Translations under genes and position numbers: made by a program
The notes under the pieces: generated by a model
Told to the model about the DNA's origin: nothing
The model's input: only the letters and a program-made list of their open reading frames with translations
The model's database searches: none
Shown here: positions 36,480 to 51,489 of the stretch, piece by piece
Layout: each line of letters starts with the position of its first letter
How positions within the stretch are numbered: position 1 is the first letter of the stretch
NCBI RefSeq assembly: GCF_006345805.1
Contig: NW_021833074.1
Coordinates: 1 to 64,000, forward strand
Length of the DNA: 64,000 nt
Source: Octopus sinensis
Lineage: Eukaryota
Direction of reading: 5' to 3'

Positions 36480-39200
36480 CTCCCACACGCACACACCCAC
36501 CCACCTACCTCCACACCCACCCACCCACCTACCTCCCACACGCCTGTTCACACACACACATACGTAGACCCATCTACGTACATACATTCACACATTTAAT
36601 CACACACACTTACAGACATACTAACACACACTAACATACAAACCAACATGCACATACACACACACATACGCACACACATACATACGCACACACATACATA
36701 CTTACACACACACACACACACAGACATACATACACACATACACACACACATACATACGCACATACATACACACACACTCACACACACACACCGCACGTAC
36801 ATACTTCACACACACACATGCAAACATACATGTAGGCACATACATACATACCTACACATGCACACCCTTACACTGAATGCACACACACATACACCTTTTT
36901 GCATCCAGGCAGCCCCCCCTCTTTTCTGCTTTCCGGTTTTGGCTGATGGATCCTCGGTTCCCGCGTAGCGGGGCGTTCGAGGGCCTTTGCGCTCGCGCGC
37001 CTTGGCGCGCGCTGGGGGCTTGGTCGGCCCCTTGGGCTTGCGTTGTACTGCTTGTGCGTTGTGTGCGTGAGCGCGCTTCGTGTGTGTGGGCTTGCTTCGG
37101 ATGTGCGCGTGCGTATGTATGCATACATACCCACACACTCGCATGCATCCCTACCCACATACATACACGCACCCTACTCAACCCCACACACACACACACA
37201 CACATACCTGCACACACACACACACATACATACATACACATACATACCTACTTCAGACATACACACACACAGACATACACCCATACACTCACACTCACAC
37301 ACATACACACACACACACATACACACGCACACGTACACATACACACACACACACACCTACATACATACATTACACTTGTATACACACACACTTACATTCA
37401 TACACACACACACCTACACAGCCATACCCTCACTCAGACACACACATCTACCTACAACACACCACAAACACCACGGACACACACCCATACATACATACAT
37501 CTACACACCACGCCTACACACCATACACACATACATAAACACACACACATACACATATACACACATACGCACACACACATATACTTATACACATGCACAC
37601 ACACACCATACATATACACCCATATACATACACACACACATACCCACATACTCCTATACGCACATACATACACACAGACATACACACATACACACTCACA
37701 CAAACATACACACACACATACTTACACACACACTCACCTACACGCGCACACACATGCATGACAAACACCCATACACTCACACTCACATACGCACACACCA
37801 ACATAAACACGCACACGCACACACACACCTACACTCCCACACACATACACACGCACCTACATACACACACGCACGCATACACACGCATACACACATACAT
37901 TACACACGTACACACACACCTACATACACATGCCACACACACCACACAAACATGCACGGACACACCCAGACATACACACATACACCTATATACACACGCC
38001 CACACGCCTACATACACACACATATACACACGCCCACACACCTACATACACACACATACATACACACACATACACGGACACACCCATACATACTTACATA
38101 CATACACCTATACACACACGCCTACACACCTACATACACACACATGCATACACACACACACATGTACGCACATACACACACATATACGCACATACATATA
38201 TACCCACACACATGCACACACACACACCATACGCACATGCATGCATGCATGCATGCACACGCGCACACCTACACGCATACACACACACACACGCACGTAC
38301 ACATACATACATACACACACGCATACATACACCCATACACATACATGCATCCTACACACACATACATACACACTCACACATACATACACACACACACTCA
38401 CTCACACACCTGTATGTACGCGCACACACATGCACATACACACACTTCCCCACACCCACACGTACATACATACACACTCACACACATACACACACACACA
38501 CACACACACGGACATACATCTATGCACACACATACATACACACATACTCACATACATTCATCGGACACACTGCCACCCGGACATACACACAACACACTCA
38601 CACATCCACACACATACATACTTACGCACATACTCGCAGGCGCGCGCACGCACGCGCTTGCGCCGGTTCGCGCACGCATACGCGCCGCAGGCACCTCGCT
38701 CTTGGACCCGACAAGACCTCCCGCCCGTTCCTGGGACCGTCGCGTGTCGTTGGGTTTTCCCACGCCCGTCTCCGCGGGACCACTCTTCCATCTTCCCCTC
38801 AGCTGGAGTCCTTTTTCCTTAACCCCCCCCCTTTTTCGTTACACACACGCGCACACATATACACACATTGCTTAAATATATACATTACTCTTACACACAT
38901 TCAATCTACTCGCCATTTATACCACCACGACACTGGACACACACACACACTACTACTCAACACACGCTGGCACGCTACATACGCCCCCACCCCTTCCCCT
39001 CCCTCCCTCCTTCCTCCTCTTTTTCTTACTACTGACCTTTGTCTGCTAAGCTGACCCTGGTCTCGCCCTACCTCACACGCCTACACACAGACGCACACAC
39101 TAACACACACATATATATTTTTTTGTTTTTTCATCTCGCCTCACACACACACATACACACACGCACACCGCACACACTCACACATACACACACATCTGTT
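36480..39200 (+). repeat. ~2.7-kb degenerate (CA)-rich tract with GC-rich islands
   Basis: Direct reading. Islands at ~36900-37110 and ~38640-38820. Confidence 0.9.
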
Positions 39201-39369
39201 GCGTTACCAACCTTGTCTCCACTCTTTTGCCTTTAAAAACCCACTTTGCTCTGTTTTCGTTCGTAACATCCGCCTTTCACCATGTGCAACTCGTAAACAC
39301 CAGTCGTCTTTTTTCTCTTTCCCTGTTGCCCGCTCTGGGATCTTTCTTTCCTCTCTCTTCCTTCTTTAT

Positions 39370-39404
39370 GTTTCCGACGAAGAGCTCCGCTCGAAACGTC
39401 ATAC
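39370..39404 (+). ncRNA. Minimal hammerhead fold (U4>C) at the 3' end of the Penelope region
   Basis: gttt-CCGACGA-a-GAGC(tcc)GCTC-GAA-ACGT-C-atac, followed ~90 bp later by (TA)n. Same family as 53440. Confidence 0.6.
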
Positions 39405-39489
39405 CTCCCTGCTTCCATTTCCTGAGCGCCTATTAATAATAATACTGTAATTGTTCCATTGTTGTTGTTTTTTTGTTTCCGTTTGGATT

Positions 39490-39556
<67 letters not shown>

Positions 39557-39859
39557 CATTCATACAACTAATCGTTCACTGAAGAGTTAAGTGCACCAAT
39601 TACAGGTGTGTAGGAACATCCATACATACGCCTACACGAATACAAACATTAACACGTTCACATATTCTCTCTTTGTTAGTCATTCGCTGCATTTCTATAA
39701 ATAGAGCAGATGAGGATGATAGACTTTAAGAGGCACCAACCGAAGAAATGGTGCGACTCTTAGAAGAATCTGAATAAAAATGTTAAGTATCTAAGATATT
39801 ATGTGCCAATGTAACTAACTTATACTAGCATTGCACGTTTGATATTTATATTAAGACTA

Positions 39860-40440
39860 GGTGCAGACATACCTGTATAGCAACAAGTTAGTTTCTCAAC
39901 CACATAGTTCGGGGTTCAGTCCCCCTGAGTTGCACCTTGGGAATGTGTTTTCTACTATGGCATCGGGCAGGCCAAAGCCTTGTGAGTGGATTTGGTAGGT
40001 GGAAACTGGAAGAAGCCCATCGTATATATATGTGTGTGTGTGTATGTACGTGTATACCCCATGCCGACTGACAACCGGTGCTTGTGTTTTTACTTCCCCG
40101 TTGCATAGCGGTACGGTAGAAGAGACCGATAGAATAATTACCAGGCTTTTTTAAAAAAAATATAACTAGTTTCGACACATTCAACTAAATATTCTTCAAG
40201 GCGCTGCTCCAGCATGGCCGCAGTCAAATGACTGAAACAAGAGAGCAATAAAGGTAAGCTGGAAGAATCGTTAACATGCTGGACAAAATGCTTAACGTTA
40301 TTTCGTCCGTCTTTGTGTCCTGAATTCAAATGCGGCTGAGGTCAGCTTTGAAACGCACATCCTTTCATCCTGCTCTGTTGAGCACCGAGGTTGACATGGT
40401 CGACTTACCCCGCCCTAAATATTGCTGGCTTTGTGCCAAA
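39860..40440. mobile_element. Family A SINE (+, 39860-40252) abutting a family C SINE (-, ~40253-40440)
   Basis: Homology to the other copies in the window. Confidence 0.7.
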
Positions 40441-40483
40441 AGCTGAAATCAATATACATCTTTGTGTGTATGTGTGTGCGTGC

Positions 40484-40558
<75 letters not shown>

Positions 40559-40866
40559 TGCGTGGTCTTGAAGCTGTCATCTCAGATCAAGTTCGATTTT
40601 CACTCTTCCGATTAATTGACTGGATACCTTAGTGCTGGTTGCTGTTTGGAACTTCTCACCTGTACCTACCTACCTATATACATGCATATATGCATACTCA
40701 TAGACTTGTGAGATGATTGGATAGACGGAAGCCGAAAGAAGTCTGTGTATGCATACATACATACACACATACATACATACATACATACATACATACATAC
40801 ATACATACATACATACATACATACATAATACATACATACATATATATGTATGTATGTATATGTATA

Positions 40867-40932
<66 letters not shown>

Positions 40933-41298
40933 ATATGTTACATTTACTAATAGTCAAGATAAAACTCTGAGTTTCAGATGCCGAAGTGGAAATCCACAAC
41001 ACCATCTCTTCGGTTATCTGGCCATCTGAAAAAGTGGCTTGAAGTTGGTAACAATTAATTGGAAAATGCTGTATGGTAAACAGGAAATTGACCACGTGGC
41101 GGACAGGAATTAAACTAGAAATCGGTAATGTTGTTTGGGGTGGGATGTAGGAAGGAACGGCATGTGCAAGTATAAAGTTCTATGAATGTAACTCCCAATA
41201 AATTGGTTGAGTGCCCTTCTTTCTTTTGTCCATTCTGTCGCACAATTGCTCCAAACTCTGTTGAGCGCCATTCATAAAGGTTTGACTAATAGTTTGCA

Positions 41299-42900
41299 AT
41301 GGAGTATCAACCATTACCGTACTCGTTGAGGAATAGCCAAATACCTCCAAGGAAAATCTCCTTGGCGCGATTTACGGAGAAGACGGAAAGGGTCATCAAA
41401 CACAGACGCTGGAAGGCTTTCTTCTACGAGAATCCATCTACGGATAAATTCGGCTTCGACTCCCGAAAGTGCCCTCCACGTATGAAAAACCTCGAGAACT
41501 TTGAGACTGACCTATGGAACATTGTAAAGAAGGTAGGGTTTCGGTATTATTCTAACCCCTTCCTTAAATCCCTAAAGGACTATATGACAGCTTGAAACAA
41601 TCATCCAACATACCCACCCTCGCAGACAAAACAAAGAATATTTACGAAATAAACACTTCCACACACTCAAAACTTCTTACAAGTGCCATCACCAAAACAT
41701 TCAAGAAAATCCGTAATTCCATATACAATGACATAAATACATAAGCAAAAGAGCTAGCCATTCGCCTTAATATAGAGGATCGCGTGGACTGCCTCACCAC
41801 GCGATTAACCCCCCTCCCACACACACATTACACTTAGGGACCATAAGCCTAACTTCCACGGCAATCCCACATCCAGGCTGATCAGCCCCTCTAAAAGCAA
41901 GATGGGTATTATTGGCAAACGTATTCTTGATACTATCAACTCCGATATCAGAAGAGCCACAGAGTTGACCCAAAGGAACTCCAGCGCAGCCGTGGTCAGC
42001 TGGTTCTACGGTATCGAGAATAAATCAACCTGTAGATTCTCCCAGTTCGACATTGTCGACTTCTAACCTTCCATATCTAAGCCCCTCCTACTGAAGGCCC
42101 TATCTTTTGCTGAGAAATACACCAGCATTAGTGACCTTAACATCAGAATTATCATGAATGCCAGAAAGTCAACTCTGGCCCACAACAATTCCTCCTGGGT
42201 GAAAAATGAAGGTGTCACATTGTTCGACGTCTCTATGGAGAGCTTTGACGGGGCTGAAATCGTCGATCTCGTCGGGTTATACATCTTCGATACCTTCAAG
42301 AGATGTACCCATCCACATAGATCGGCCCTCTATAGGGACGACGACCTGGCTATCTTAAGCCATATGAACGGGCACGCCATGGAGAAGTTCAGGAAGGACT
42401 TCATAAAAATATTTATGGAGTTCTGCCTGCCCATAACGGTTGCCATCAACGCTTGATTTCTTGTACTTAACCTTAGACCTTAGTATGGGAGAGTAATGCC
42501 CGCACAGGAAACCTAACGAGGATACAGTATACATCCACAAGAGATCAAACCATCCCCCGCTGTAATTAGAAACCTGTTTCCAGGCATTAGTAAACTACTA
42601 TCAAATATCTCGGCCTATAGAGAGGTCTTTAATAGTACCGCCCCCTACTACAACGATGTTTTGCCAAGGAGCGGGTTTTTTGAGAAGCTCACGTATGTGG
42701 ACAAACCCCAAACACCCTCTTCCCATTCCTAAAGGATTAGAAGGAGAATTACATGCTATAACCTTCCCTTTCAACCTAGAAGTTTCTACCAACGTAGCTA
42801 GGGACCTCTTGTCGTTAAGAAACATTTCCACATAGGCCATAATATTCTCGTATCTTCCATCTTGCGTCTTTCATTTCCCATATACATAACGAACACTGTG
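41299..42900 (+). mobile_element. Decayed Penelope-like element (N-terminus and RT)
   Basis: WKAFFYE, DHKPNFHGNPTSRLISPSK, FDIVDF, FDGAEIVDLVGLYI, LYRDDDL. Confidence 0.85.
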
Positions 42901-43039
42901 AAAGTGATCATGTCTTAGTAGAAAGCTACCAGACATAAACCATTGCTTTTATTATCTAATAACCACAACCAATTTCTGATTTTCAGGTTTAAGGTGCTAT
43001 AAAGTAGCGTGCCACGAAGATGGATAAAATAGATGTTTC

Positions 43040-45720
43040 GTTAAAGGATAGTAGGAAGGATTATATACATGAAATTTTGGAGAAAACCAACTGATTTATA
43101 CGAAGAATGAGGGGAAAAGCTTTCTTCTTCGACAGAAAAATTAAATCAAATGACAAACCTGAACATGGTAACCTACTAAGAAGAGTATTCAAATCCAGGA
43201 GGAACCCACCATTAACCAATGACTAACCAGATTTGAAGAGGAATTATATAATATGGTTAAGAACGTGAAATTCAGGAAATATCTTAGGAGGTACAATATA
43301 CATCAGAAAATTACTGGATGACTTGAAGAAAGCTCCAGGAATATTTGTACAAGCGGGTAAAAATAGTAGCGTTTACATTGTTGTATAAATCAATATGGTT
43401 AGGTAGGAATTACTCAGCAAATGTAGACATATCAATAACGACACATTAAAAAGAATTACTAATACAGGGTTACAAATCGCTAGAGATTTAGCTATAGGTG
43501 ATAAAACTGATCTATACGACCCTAGAAAACCCTAGATTATGCTTAAGGACCATAAACCTAACTTCCTTATTGATCCTCAGTTAGATTGATTTGTCCTTCT
43601 AAATCCGATATAGGGATTATTAGTAAGAAAATCATTGATGGAGTACTACCCATCCTTAAGTCGAAAACTAGATTATCCCTCTGGTCAGATACCCAAGAGG
43701 TGGTCGGATGGTTTAAGCTTCTAGAAACTAGCAAGAATATCAAATTCCTACAGCTAAATATAGAGAGTTATTACGCCACAATTAACCCGATCGTCCTCAA
43801 TAAAGCCCTGATTTATAGTATGAGAAATTCTGATTTGTCCCGACGCAAAATAGATATAATTCTTGCAGCGCGAGCCACTTCAGTAGATTCTGATGGCAGA
43901 TTTTGGAGTTGATTAGATAGAGAGAATGCAGAAACGTTAGCACTCCGAGCGAAATGCTTAGCGGTATTTCGTCTACCGTTACGTTCTGAGTTCAAATTCC
44001 GCCGAGGTCGACTTTGCCTTTCATCCTTTCGGGGTCGATAAATTAAGTACCAGTTGCGCACTGGGGTCGACGTAATCGACTTAATCCCTTTGCCTGTCCT
44101 TGTTTGTCCCCTCTATGTTTAGCCCCTTGTGGGCAATAAAGAAATAAAAATAACAATGGAGTCATCTGACTCTGTACAGGTCACAGACTTAGTCGGGATA
44201 TATATCCTTTCATTAATCCAGTCTTCCTAACAGATGGTCTATATAGGGGTGACGCACTATTTTTTCTGGATAGAAGTAGTAAAGTACAATTAGAAAGGCA
44301 TAGAAAACATTTCTTTAGATTAAAAAAAAATTAGGACTAAATATTACTATGGGAAAGGATTATCGTAGAGTAAATTTTCTTGATGCAACCTTCTGTCTTG
44401 ATACTGGATTCTTTGAGCCATTTCATAAGCCAAATAATCATATTAAGTACATAAATGTAGCATCCAGCCATCCACCATCGAAAATACGGGAATTAGTTAA
44501 GAATATTTCTACAAGAATTTCTAGATTACTCACTGATAAAAAAATTTTCGAATCATATGCACCTTATTTATAAAGCTGTTTATTTATATATGTGTATAGG
44601 GCTGGATACCATAAAAAAATTCAATATATACAAGAAGCAGGCATACACAGCACTGTCAGGTCATGCAGTAATAATGCACATTGTACACCATTACAACGTT
44701 ACGGTATGAGAACATACTGAGATCAAGAATACAGGCCAGGAAAAATTGGTCACGGCAATGAACTACCAACGAAAACTCATAAACACACACAACACAATAA
44801 TCCAACTGCTCATAACAGTAAATTGTATCAATTCTGTACAACACACTCGATCACATATGCCAAACAACATATATAGGAACGATGATGTCATTATGTACAA
44901 CCCGATTTTCGGTTCGCATATTTCAACCAAGATCGCTGAATATTTTTTTGCTGCTTTAGACAAATGTTTTCCTAAATCTAATAAATACCATACTATTTTT
45001 AACCAACACACCGTGAAGGTATTCTACGCTAACTCTACTAATTTAGAGCTGTATATGCGCCGCATAAACAATAGTAAAATGCGACAACATTTCAATAACT
45101 CACCTACTGGATCTAGCAAATATGCACAACTAAATACCAATGAAGGAGATATAAACCGTCATGAAAAGCGCCAAATACTGTCAAATTTTGATAGTAGAAA
45201 TGATTATTATATAGCTAACGCGGAAACATCGTCGGCAAATGAACTCAGAACTGTCATATATACAAATAAATATAATAAATGCTCACGCAGAGAAAAATCA
45301 GGATACTCAGTGATGAACCTCTGTATGAGTTCAAATCTTGTATATAAATGCATAGTGCATAAGTGTTTCTTAACGACAAGAAGTCCCTAGCTACGTTGTT
45401 TACATTGGGCAAACGGCTCATTCACTTAAGAATCGTAATTGCAACCATATCACCAGCTTGAAGAGAATCAATAAGAGACATTCAACATATTTGGCCGATT
45501 CTGTGTGGCGACTGAAGGAAGATAAATTTAAGTATAACATAACTTGGTCCATAGTAAGGCAAGCAAAACCATATATCATTTCCAAGAGATGCTAACTTTG
45601 CTCCGAAGAATCCCAGTCTATTTTGTGGACCAATGAGAAGATCATTAATAGAATTTCTGAAGGACTCTCAAGATGCCTACATGCATATAAATTTACTTTC
45701 AAACAATACGGTGGAAATGA
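43040..45720 (+). mobile_element. Second decayed Penelope-like element (RT + GIY-YIG) with a nested SINE at 43925-44146
   Basis: KDHKPNF, LICPSKSDIGIISK, NFLDATF, YINVASSHPP, YIGQTA...NHITS...WSIV...CLC. Confidence 0.85.
43925..44146 (+). mobile_element. Family C SINE
   Basis: Near-identical body to 2208 and 8632. Confidence 0.85.
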
Positions 45721-46260
45721 ATTTGAGTAACTGTTAACATAATTTACCTTAAGTTATGGATGAATAAGTTTAGTTTTAACCTCTCCATTCTTATAAACAC
45801 CAAGTATCTATTTAATTCGCTATGTGAACGTGTATGTGCCAAACCACACGGGTGCGTATGCTAACATCTTTGTGGGTTCTTGTAGGAGCGAGTTTACATG
45901 TGCCATGCAGCTTGCGCGCGGGCGTTTACACATGCATATCTGTTAACGGTTATTTTTGATACTTTTCCCGCTGCGTTGCGAGTCCGTTTCTTTTTTTCAT
46001 ATGTTATTTTATTATTGATCTTTTATACAGATGAAGATATATCCTTTAATTTGCTGCTTTTCTTTACACGAAATGAGAAGATACATCGCGGAACTATTAT
46101 CTTAACGAGTTATATCTATTTATCACCCAACGAGACATATCTGCACTGTCGGATGCTCCTGAACCAGTTAAGTGTCCCACCCGTGAAAGATCGATGCTAT
46201 ATGTGTCGAAAACACTGTAGAGATTAATAAAAATGATCATATCTTCCATCTTACATATAT

Positions 46261-46490
46261 ATTTCTTTACTACCCACAAGGGGCTAAACACAGAGGGGAT
46301 AAACAAGGACAGACAAAGGGATTAAGTCGACTACATCGACCCCAGTGCGTAACTGGTACTTAATTTATCGACCCCGAAAGGATGAAAGCAAAGTCGACCT
46401 CGGCGGAATTTGAACTCGGAACGTAACGACAGACGAAATATGGCTACGAATTTCGCCCGGCGTGCTAACGTTTCTACCAGCTCGCCGCCT
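46261..46490 (-). mobile_element. Family C SINE, full length
   Basis: Near-identical to 2208-2439. Confidence 0.88.
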
Positions 46491-46524
46491 TACAGATATG
46501 TATATATATCTTACATATATGTAT

Positions 46525-46620
46525 ATATACACCATCACAAGCGAATGATATCCGAGCTATAGTGGAGAAGGCAAGCCATAGGCTTTGGATGAAAAGTGAC
46601 GATGAGCAATGGTTTGATGG
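46525..46620 (+). mobile_element. Possible extreme 3' end of an RLE-type (NeSL/Hero-like) retrotransposon ORF
   Basis: DIRAIVEKASHRLWMKSDDEQW resembles the conserved AE.AS.WLW.KR C-terminus. Very short. Confidence 0.4.
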
Positions 46621-47199
46621 ATACTGAGCGAAGACTAGTAACCCCATGATCTAGCAAGCGGAGCAATATTGCCGTTGGCAGGAAGGTCTCTAAAAGGTGT
46701 GTGCATTCTTTCTTGATGACTACATGAGCTTGCTTTTGTACGGAATGCAGAGTTTTTGACTGGGAAAGCTAGTATTTGCAAGACGTTTGAAAATAATTAA
46801 ACACACACACACACCCACACACAATATAATACATTATATCTTGTGTAATAACAGCCAACAATTGTATCCAGACACAAAAGCTACAAGGTTTTTTTTATTT
46901 CTATACCAACTGAAAATTGGTGCAAACTAAAACTGCAAACAAAAGCAAGACCGACCCGTATTCCCAGGTTAATGGGAGGAGGTTCCAGTTAAGGACAAAT
47001 CTCAAAGAATGGAACAAAGGAATAAGGACGCTATAAATATCTTTTTTTCTTTTTGATTTAGATTGACAACAATGTGTTCGTCACTCGTCTCACGGTAAAT
47101 AATAATATATCAAACATAAAGAGTTATGACGAGTTTCTCTCTCTCTCTCTCATATACACACGTATATGCATGAGTGTGCGTATTAGGACGAGTGCATGC

Positions 47200-47257
<58 letters not shown>

Positions 47258-47304
47258 ATGAACAACCTAAATATGTTTCTCCATTTTCTTATTTGTATTA
47301 TATA

Positions 47305-47691
47305 TCTTCTCTATATATATAAACGGCAGTTTGTCTGTGTGTGTTTCTGTGTGTCTGTTAGGTTGTACCCCCACCCTGACCACGGCTTTCAACTGATTCT
47401 GATGAAACTTGACACACACATAGCCCAATGTCATAATTCAAGACTAACGTAGCGAAAATTTTGAAAAGTTCCCCCAGTTCTGAATAAGATCGATAAATAC
47501 GACATGGGGTCGACAATCAGAAACACAAACCACAGATGGTATAGGGGACGCAACTCGACCTTTTTAACTATCAAAAAAAATTTACCATAATTTTTTTCCC
47601 ATTTTTTTGCTATTTTTTGGCTATAACTCTCTAAAAATGCTTTATAGTTATTTCCCTTACAAACCCGAGCAACGCCGGGCGATACTGCTAG
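47305..47691 (+). mobile_element. Non-autonomous Helitron
   Basis: A|TC...CTAG|T junctions, subterminal GC hairpin CCCGAGCAACGCCGGG, no target-site duplication. Highly similar to 61279-61648. Confidence 0.85.
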
Positions 47692-47959
47692 TATATATAT
47701 ATATATATATATGAGAAAGAGTGACTTCAATTTCATCCTTTTACTTTGAGGGGTTCCAAACTTAGATTTCTAATAAAGATTACTCATATTAAATTTGTAG
47801 CTTACTATTGTACATTTTTAAATATGAAAATTTTACAAGTATAGAGTGTGTTATGACCATTTATAATATGTGATTAAATTAATTTAATCATAATTATAAT
47901 TAATTAAATTTTTACCATGTTTCTTACATGTTGGTGTTACCATTCGAAACGATCGTGTG

Positions 47960-48372
47960 TACTCTTTACTCTTACTCTTTTACTCTTTTACTTGTTTCAG
48001 TCATGTGACTGTGGCCAGGCTGAAGCACTGCCTTTAGTCGAGCAAATCCACCCTAGGACTTATTCTTTGTAAGCCTAGTACTTATTCTATCAGTCTCTTT
48101 TGCCGAACCGCTAAGTTACACACCAGCTTCGGTAGTCAAGCGATGTTGGGGAGGGGGTGGCAAACACAGGCACACGAACATATACACACATACATATATA
48201 TGTACATATATACGACGGGCTTCTTTCAGTTTCCGTCTAACAAATACACTCACAAGGCTTTGGTCGGTCCGAAGATATAGTAGAAGACACTTGCCCAAGG
48301 TACCACGCAATGGGACTGAACCCAGAACCATGTGGTTGGTAAGCAAACTACTTACCACACAGCCACTCCTAC
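47960..48372 (-). mobile_element. Family A SINE
   Basis: Reverse complement of the 9935-type element. Confidence 0.85.
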
Positions 48373-48561
48373 TAAAATTTTATAAAACTTTTAACATCTA
48401 CTCTTCTCTATCTTTAATTGTTTGTTGAGTTTCTATAGGATATATGCTCTATATATGCTCATAACACACCTTATATACATACATACACACATACATACAT
48501 ACATACATACATACATACATACATACATACATACATACATACATACATACATACATACATG

Positions 48562-48660
<99 letters not shown>

Positions 48661-48929
48661 CTACTGTGGGTACGAGGTCTCAAAAGCTGGGTAAGGTGGC
48701 AAGTAGATTAAAAGGAAACCAGTGCTTAACTGACAGTACATTGATCTCGAAAAGATGAAGGAGGAGGTTGACCTCGGCAGAATTTGAACTTAGATCCAAA
48801 AACACATAATACATATTCATATACATACATGCTTGCACACACATACATACACGCATATCGGCACTAGTCACCATGATTGATCGTTAGCCACTACACACAT
48901 TTTTTTCTCTCCTTGTTTTTTCGGTGTCT

Positions 48930-48965
48930 CTTTCTGTAGAAGAGCGTAGGCTCGAAACGTAAAAG
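48930..48965 (+). ncRNA. Minimal hammerhead fold with atypical CUGUAGA core
   Basis: cttt-CTGTAGA-a-GAGC(gtag)GCTC-GAA-ACGT-A-aaag. All stems pair perfectly. About 90 bp upstream of (TA)n. Confidence 0.6.
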
Positions 48966-49053
48966 ACTTTTTCTATTTCTGAGCGTTATACTAATACATC
49001 TGTTTGTTTTGTACACCACCTGTCTTCGTCTTTTGTTTGTTTTTGTAAACTCT

Positions 49054-49131
<78 letters not shown>

Positions 49132-49227
49132 GTTATCACATAAATGGAAAACAAGGGGGGAAAATAGTGCTCAAATATCAGAAGCAGAGTAATAAGATTT
49201 TATTAAACCTGCAAAATCTTCCCAAAG

Positions 49228-49265
49228 CTGCTACACAGAGTTTCACATTCCTATTCGTCAGACAG
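49228..49265 (-). ncRNA. Minimal hammerhead fold with GGAA-capped stem II
   Basis: ctgt-CTGACGA-ATA(ggaa)TGT-GAA-ACTC(t)GTGT-A-gcag. A partial inverted copy lies at 49272-49290. Confidence 0.6.
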
Positions 49266-50084
49266 TTGCGATGTCCGACGAACGGGAATGCCGGACAGCA
49301 GTGTGTAATGTTTTACCAAAAAGTTAAACTATAATTGTAACTAAATTTGACTAGGGTGTTGCAAACATCAACATTGCTAGAAATAAGATTTAAAATACTC
49401 TAATGTCGTACTCAAGACACATAATTGTATACATATATTCTGACAGGATTATAATCACCCGAAAACACCGATTGAATAAGTGACAACACATACAAACATT
49501 CTTAGTTTTAATTATCTATCTGGTCAATGAACAATGAAATACAATCTCGGGAATAATGCAAAAGTTTCGTTTTCCTAATGGCTTTAAATATAAAAACTGG
49601 TGAGATCTCCGGCCTTGGTAAAAAAAAGACCCCATAGTTGTGAGATATTCAACAGCAAGTTTTTTACTATCCTAAACAAACGGGGCAACAAACCCTAACA
49701 AAATTTATGCTCATACGTTTCAGTTAAAAATAAAAACGACAATTCTTTAAAAGGAAGGTGTGGTAAAAAATGTTTGTTCGTGGGCGAAAGAAAGCAAAGC
49801 AGTTAATACCACATTGAATTTGAAGCCACAATCACGTCTATTCAGGGTTACGAGCTAGGTCATGTACGACACACTCTGATTTTCAGGTCATTGAAAGTGT
49901 AGCGATTATAATAGGTGGTATATGATGTCGAATAGAAAGCTTTGATATAAGAAAGAAAGCTGCTTCTATAGCCTTCTGATCAGGGTTTCATGTCTTTTAT
50001 TTGTCTTGACCACTAAGAGAAAATATCCAGTCCGACTCGCTTCCGAAATTACAACAATAACAATGTTTTCCCATTTTGGCGATT

Positions 50085-50265
50085 TCGGGAAAGAGAGTAA
50101 AGTAATTACATCGACCTTAGGGCTCAACTAGTACTCACTTTATGAGTCTTCGAAAGGATTAAAGGCAAAGTCTACCCCAGTGAGATATGAGTTCAAAACG
50201 TTAAGACGGACGGCGAAATACCACTAAGCATTTCGTCCAGCGTGCTAACGACTCTGCCGCCTTAA
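50085..50265 (-). mobile_element. Family C SINE (degenerate)
   Basis: AAAGGCAAAGTC...CGTGCTAACGACTCTGCC. Confidence 0.65.
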
Positions 50266-50395
50266 AGCAATTTCAGCTTTGCACTTATGTCAGACTTGAA
50301 CTCAAATACAGACATTCAAATGTCAAGTCTCCGTCAATTTCGTCCAAAGTACAAAGCCAATAATAATAATAATAATAATAATGATAATAATAATA

Positions 50396-50515
<120 letters not shown>

Positions 50516-50520
50516 TTTCA

Positions 50521-50729
50521 ACTAGCAATAACCACGCCTCGGATTTACCTCATTGGCCATAATAATAGGGGCTGCAATCAGGGTGGGGCACTTGCAGAAA
50601 ACAGCACTGCTTGGAACCGCTCGAATACTCCGGAAGGCGCTCGAAAAATAAGGGGTGTTACCTTAGTTCACTGGCAGTGAACAACTGACACCGTAGTACA
50701 TCTCCAGCGTCAGAAGCTGTGCAAAGGCA
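50521..50729 (+). mobile_element. Heavily 5'-truncated Dong/R4-like copy (different lineage) between (TAA)n tracts
   Basis: LQKTALLGTARILRKALEK* parallels IQKIALLGTAHILRRTLSIQ* of the 18284 element. (TAA)n on both sides. Confidence 0.8.
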
Positions 50730-50735
50730 ATGATG

Positions 50736-51406
<671 letters not shown>

Positions 51407-51411
51407 AATAC

Positions 51412-51448
<37 letters not shown>

Positions 51449-51489
51449 GATGATGATGATGATGATGACGATGACGATGATGATGATAA

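Noticed and set aside
37043-39054. Long His/Thr-rich ORFs (610, 409 and 374 aa)
   Set aside because: These are translations of a degenerate (CA)n tract, which lacks stop codons in several frames by composition.
41299-45720. In-frame stops in Penelope ORFs as possible selenocysteine recoding (Naiad-type)
   Set aside because: Stops include TAA and TAG alongside frameshifts, the endonuclease is C-terminal, and no SECIS was recognised. This is ordinary decay.
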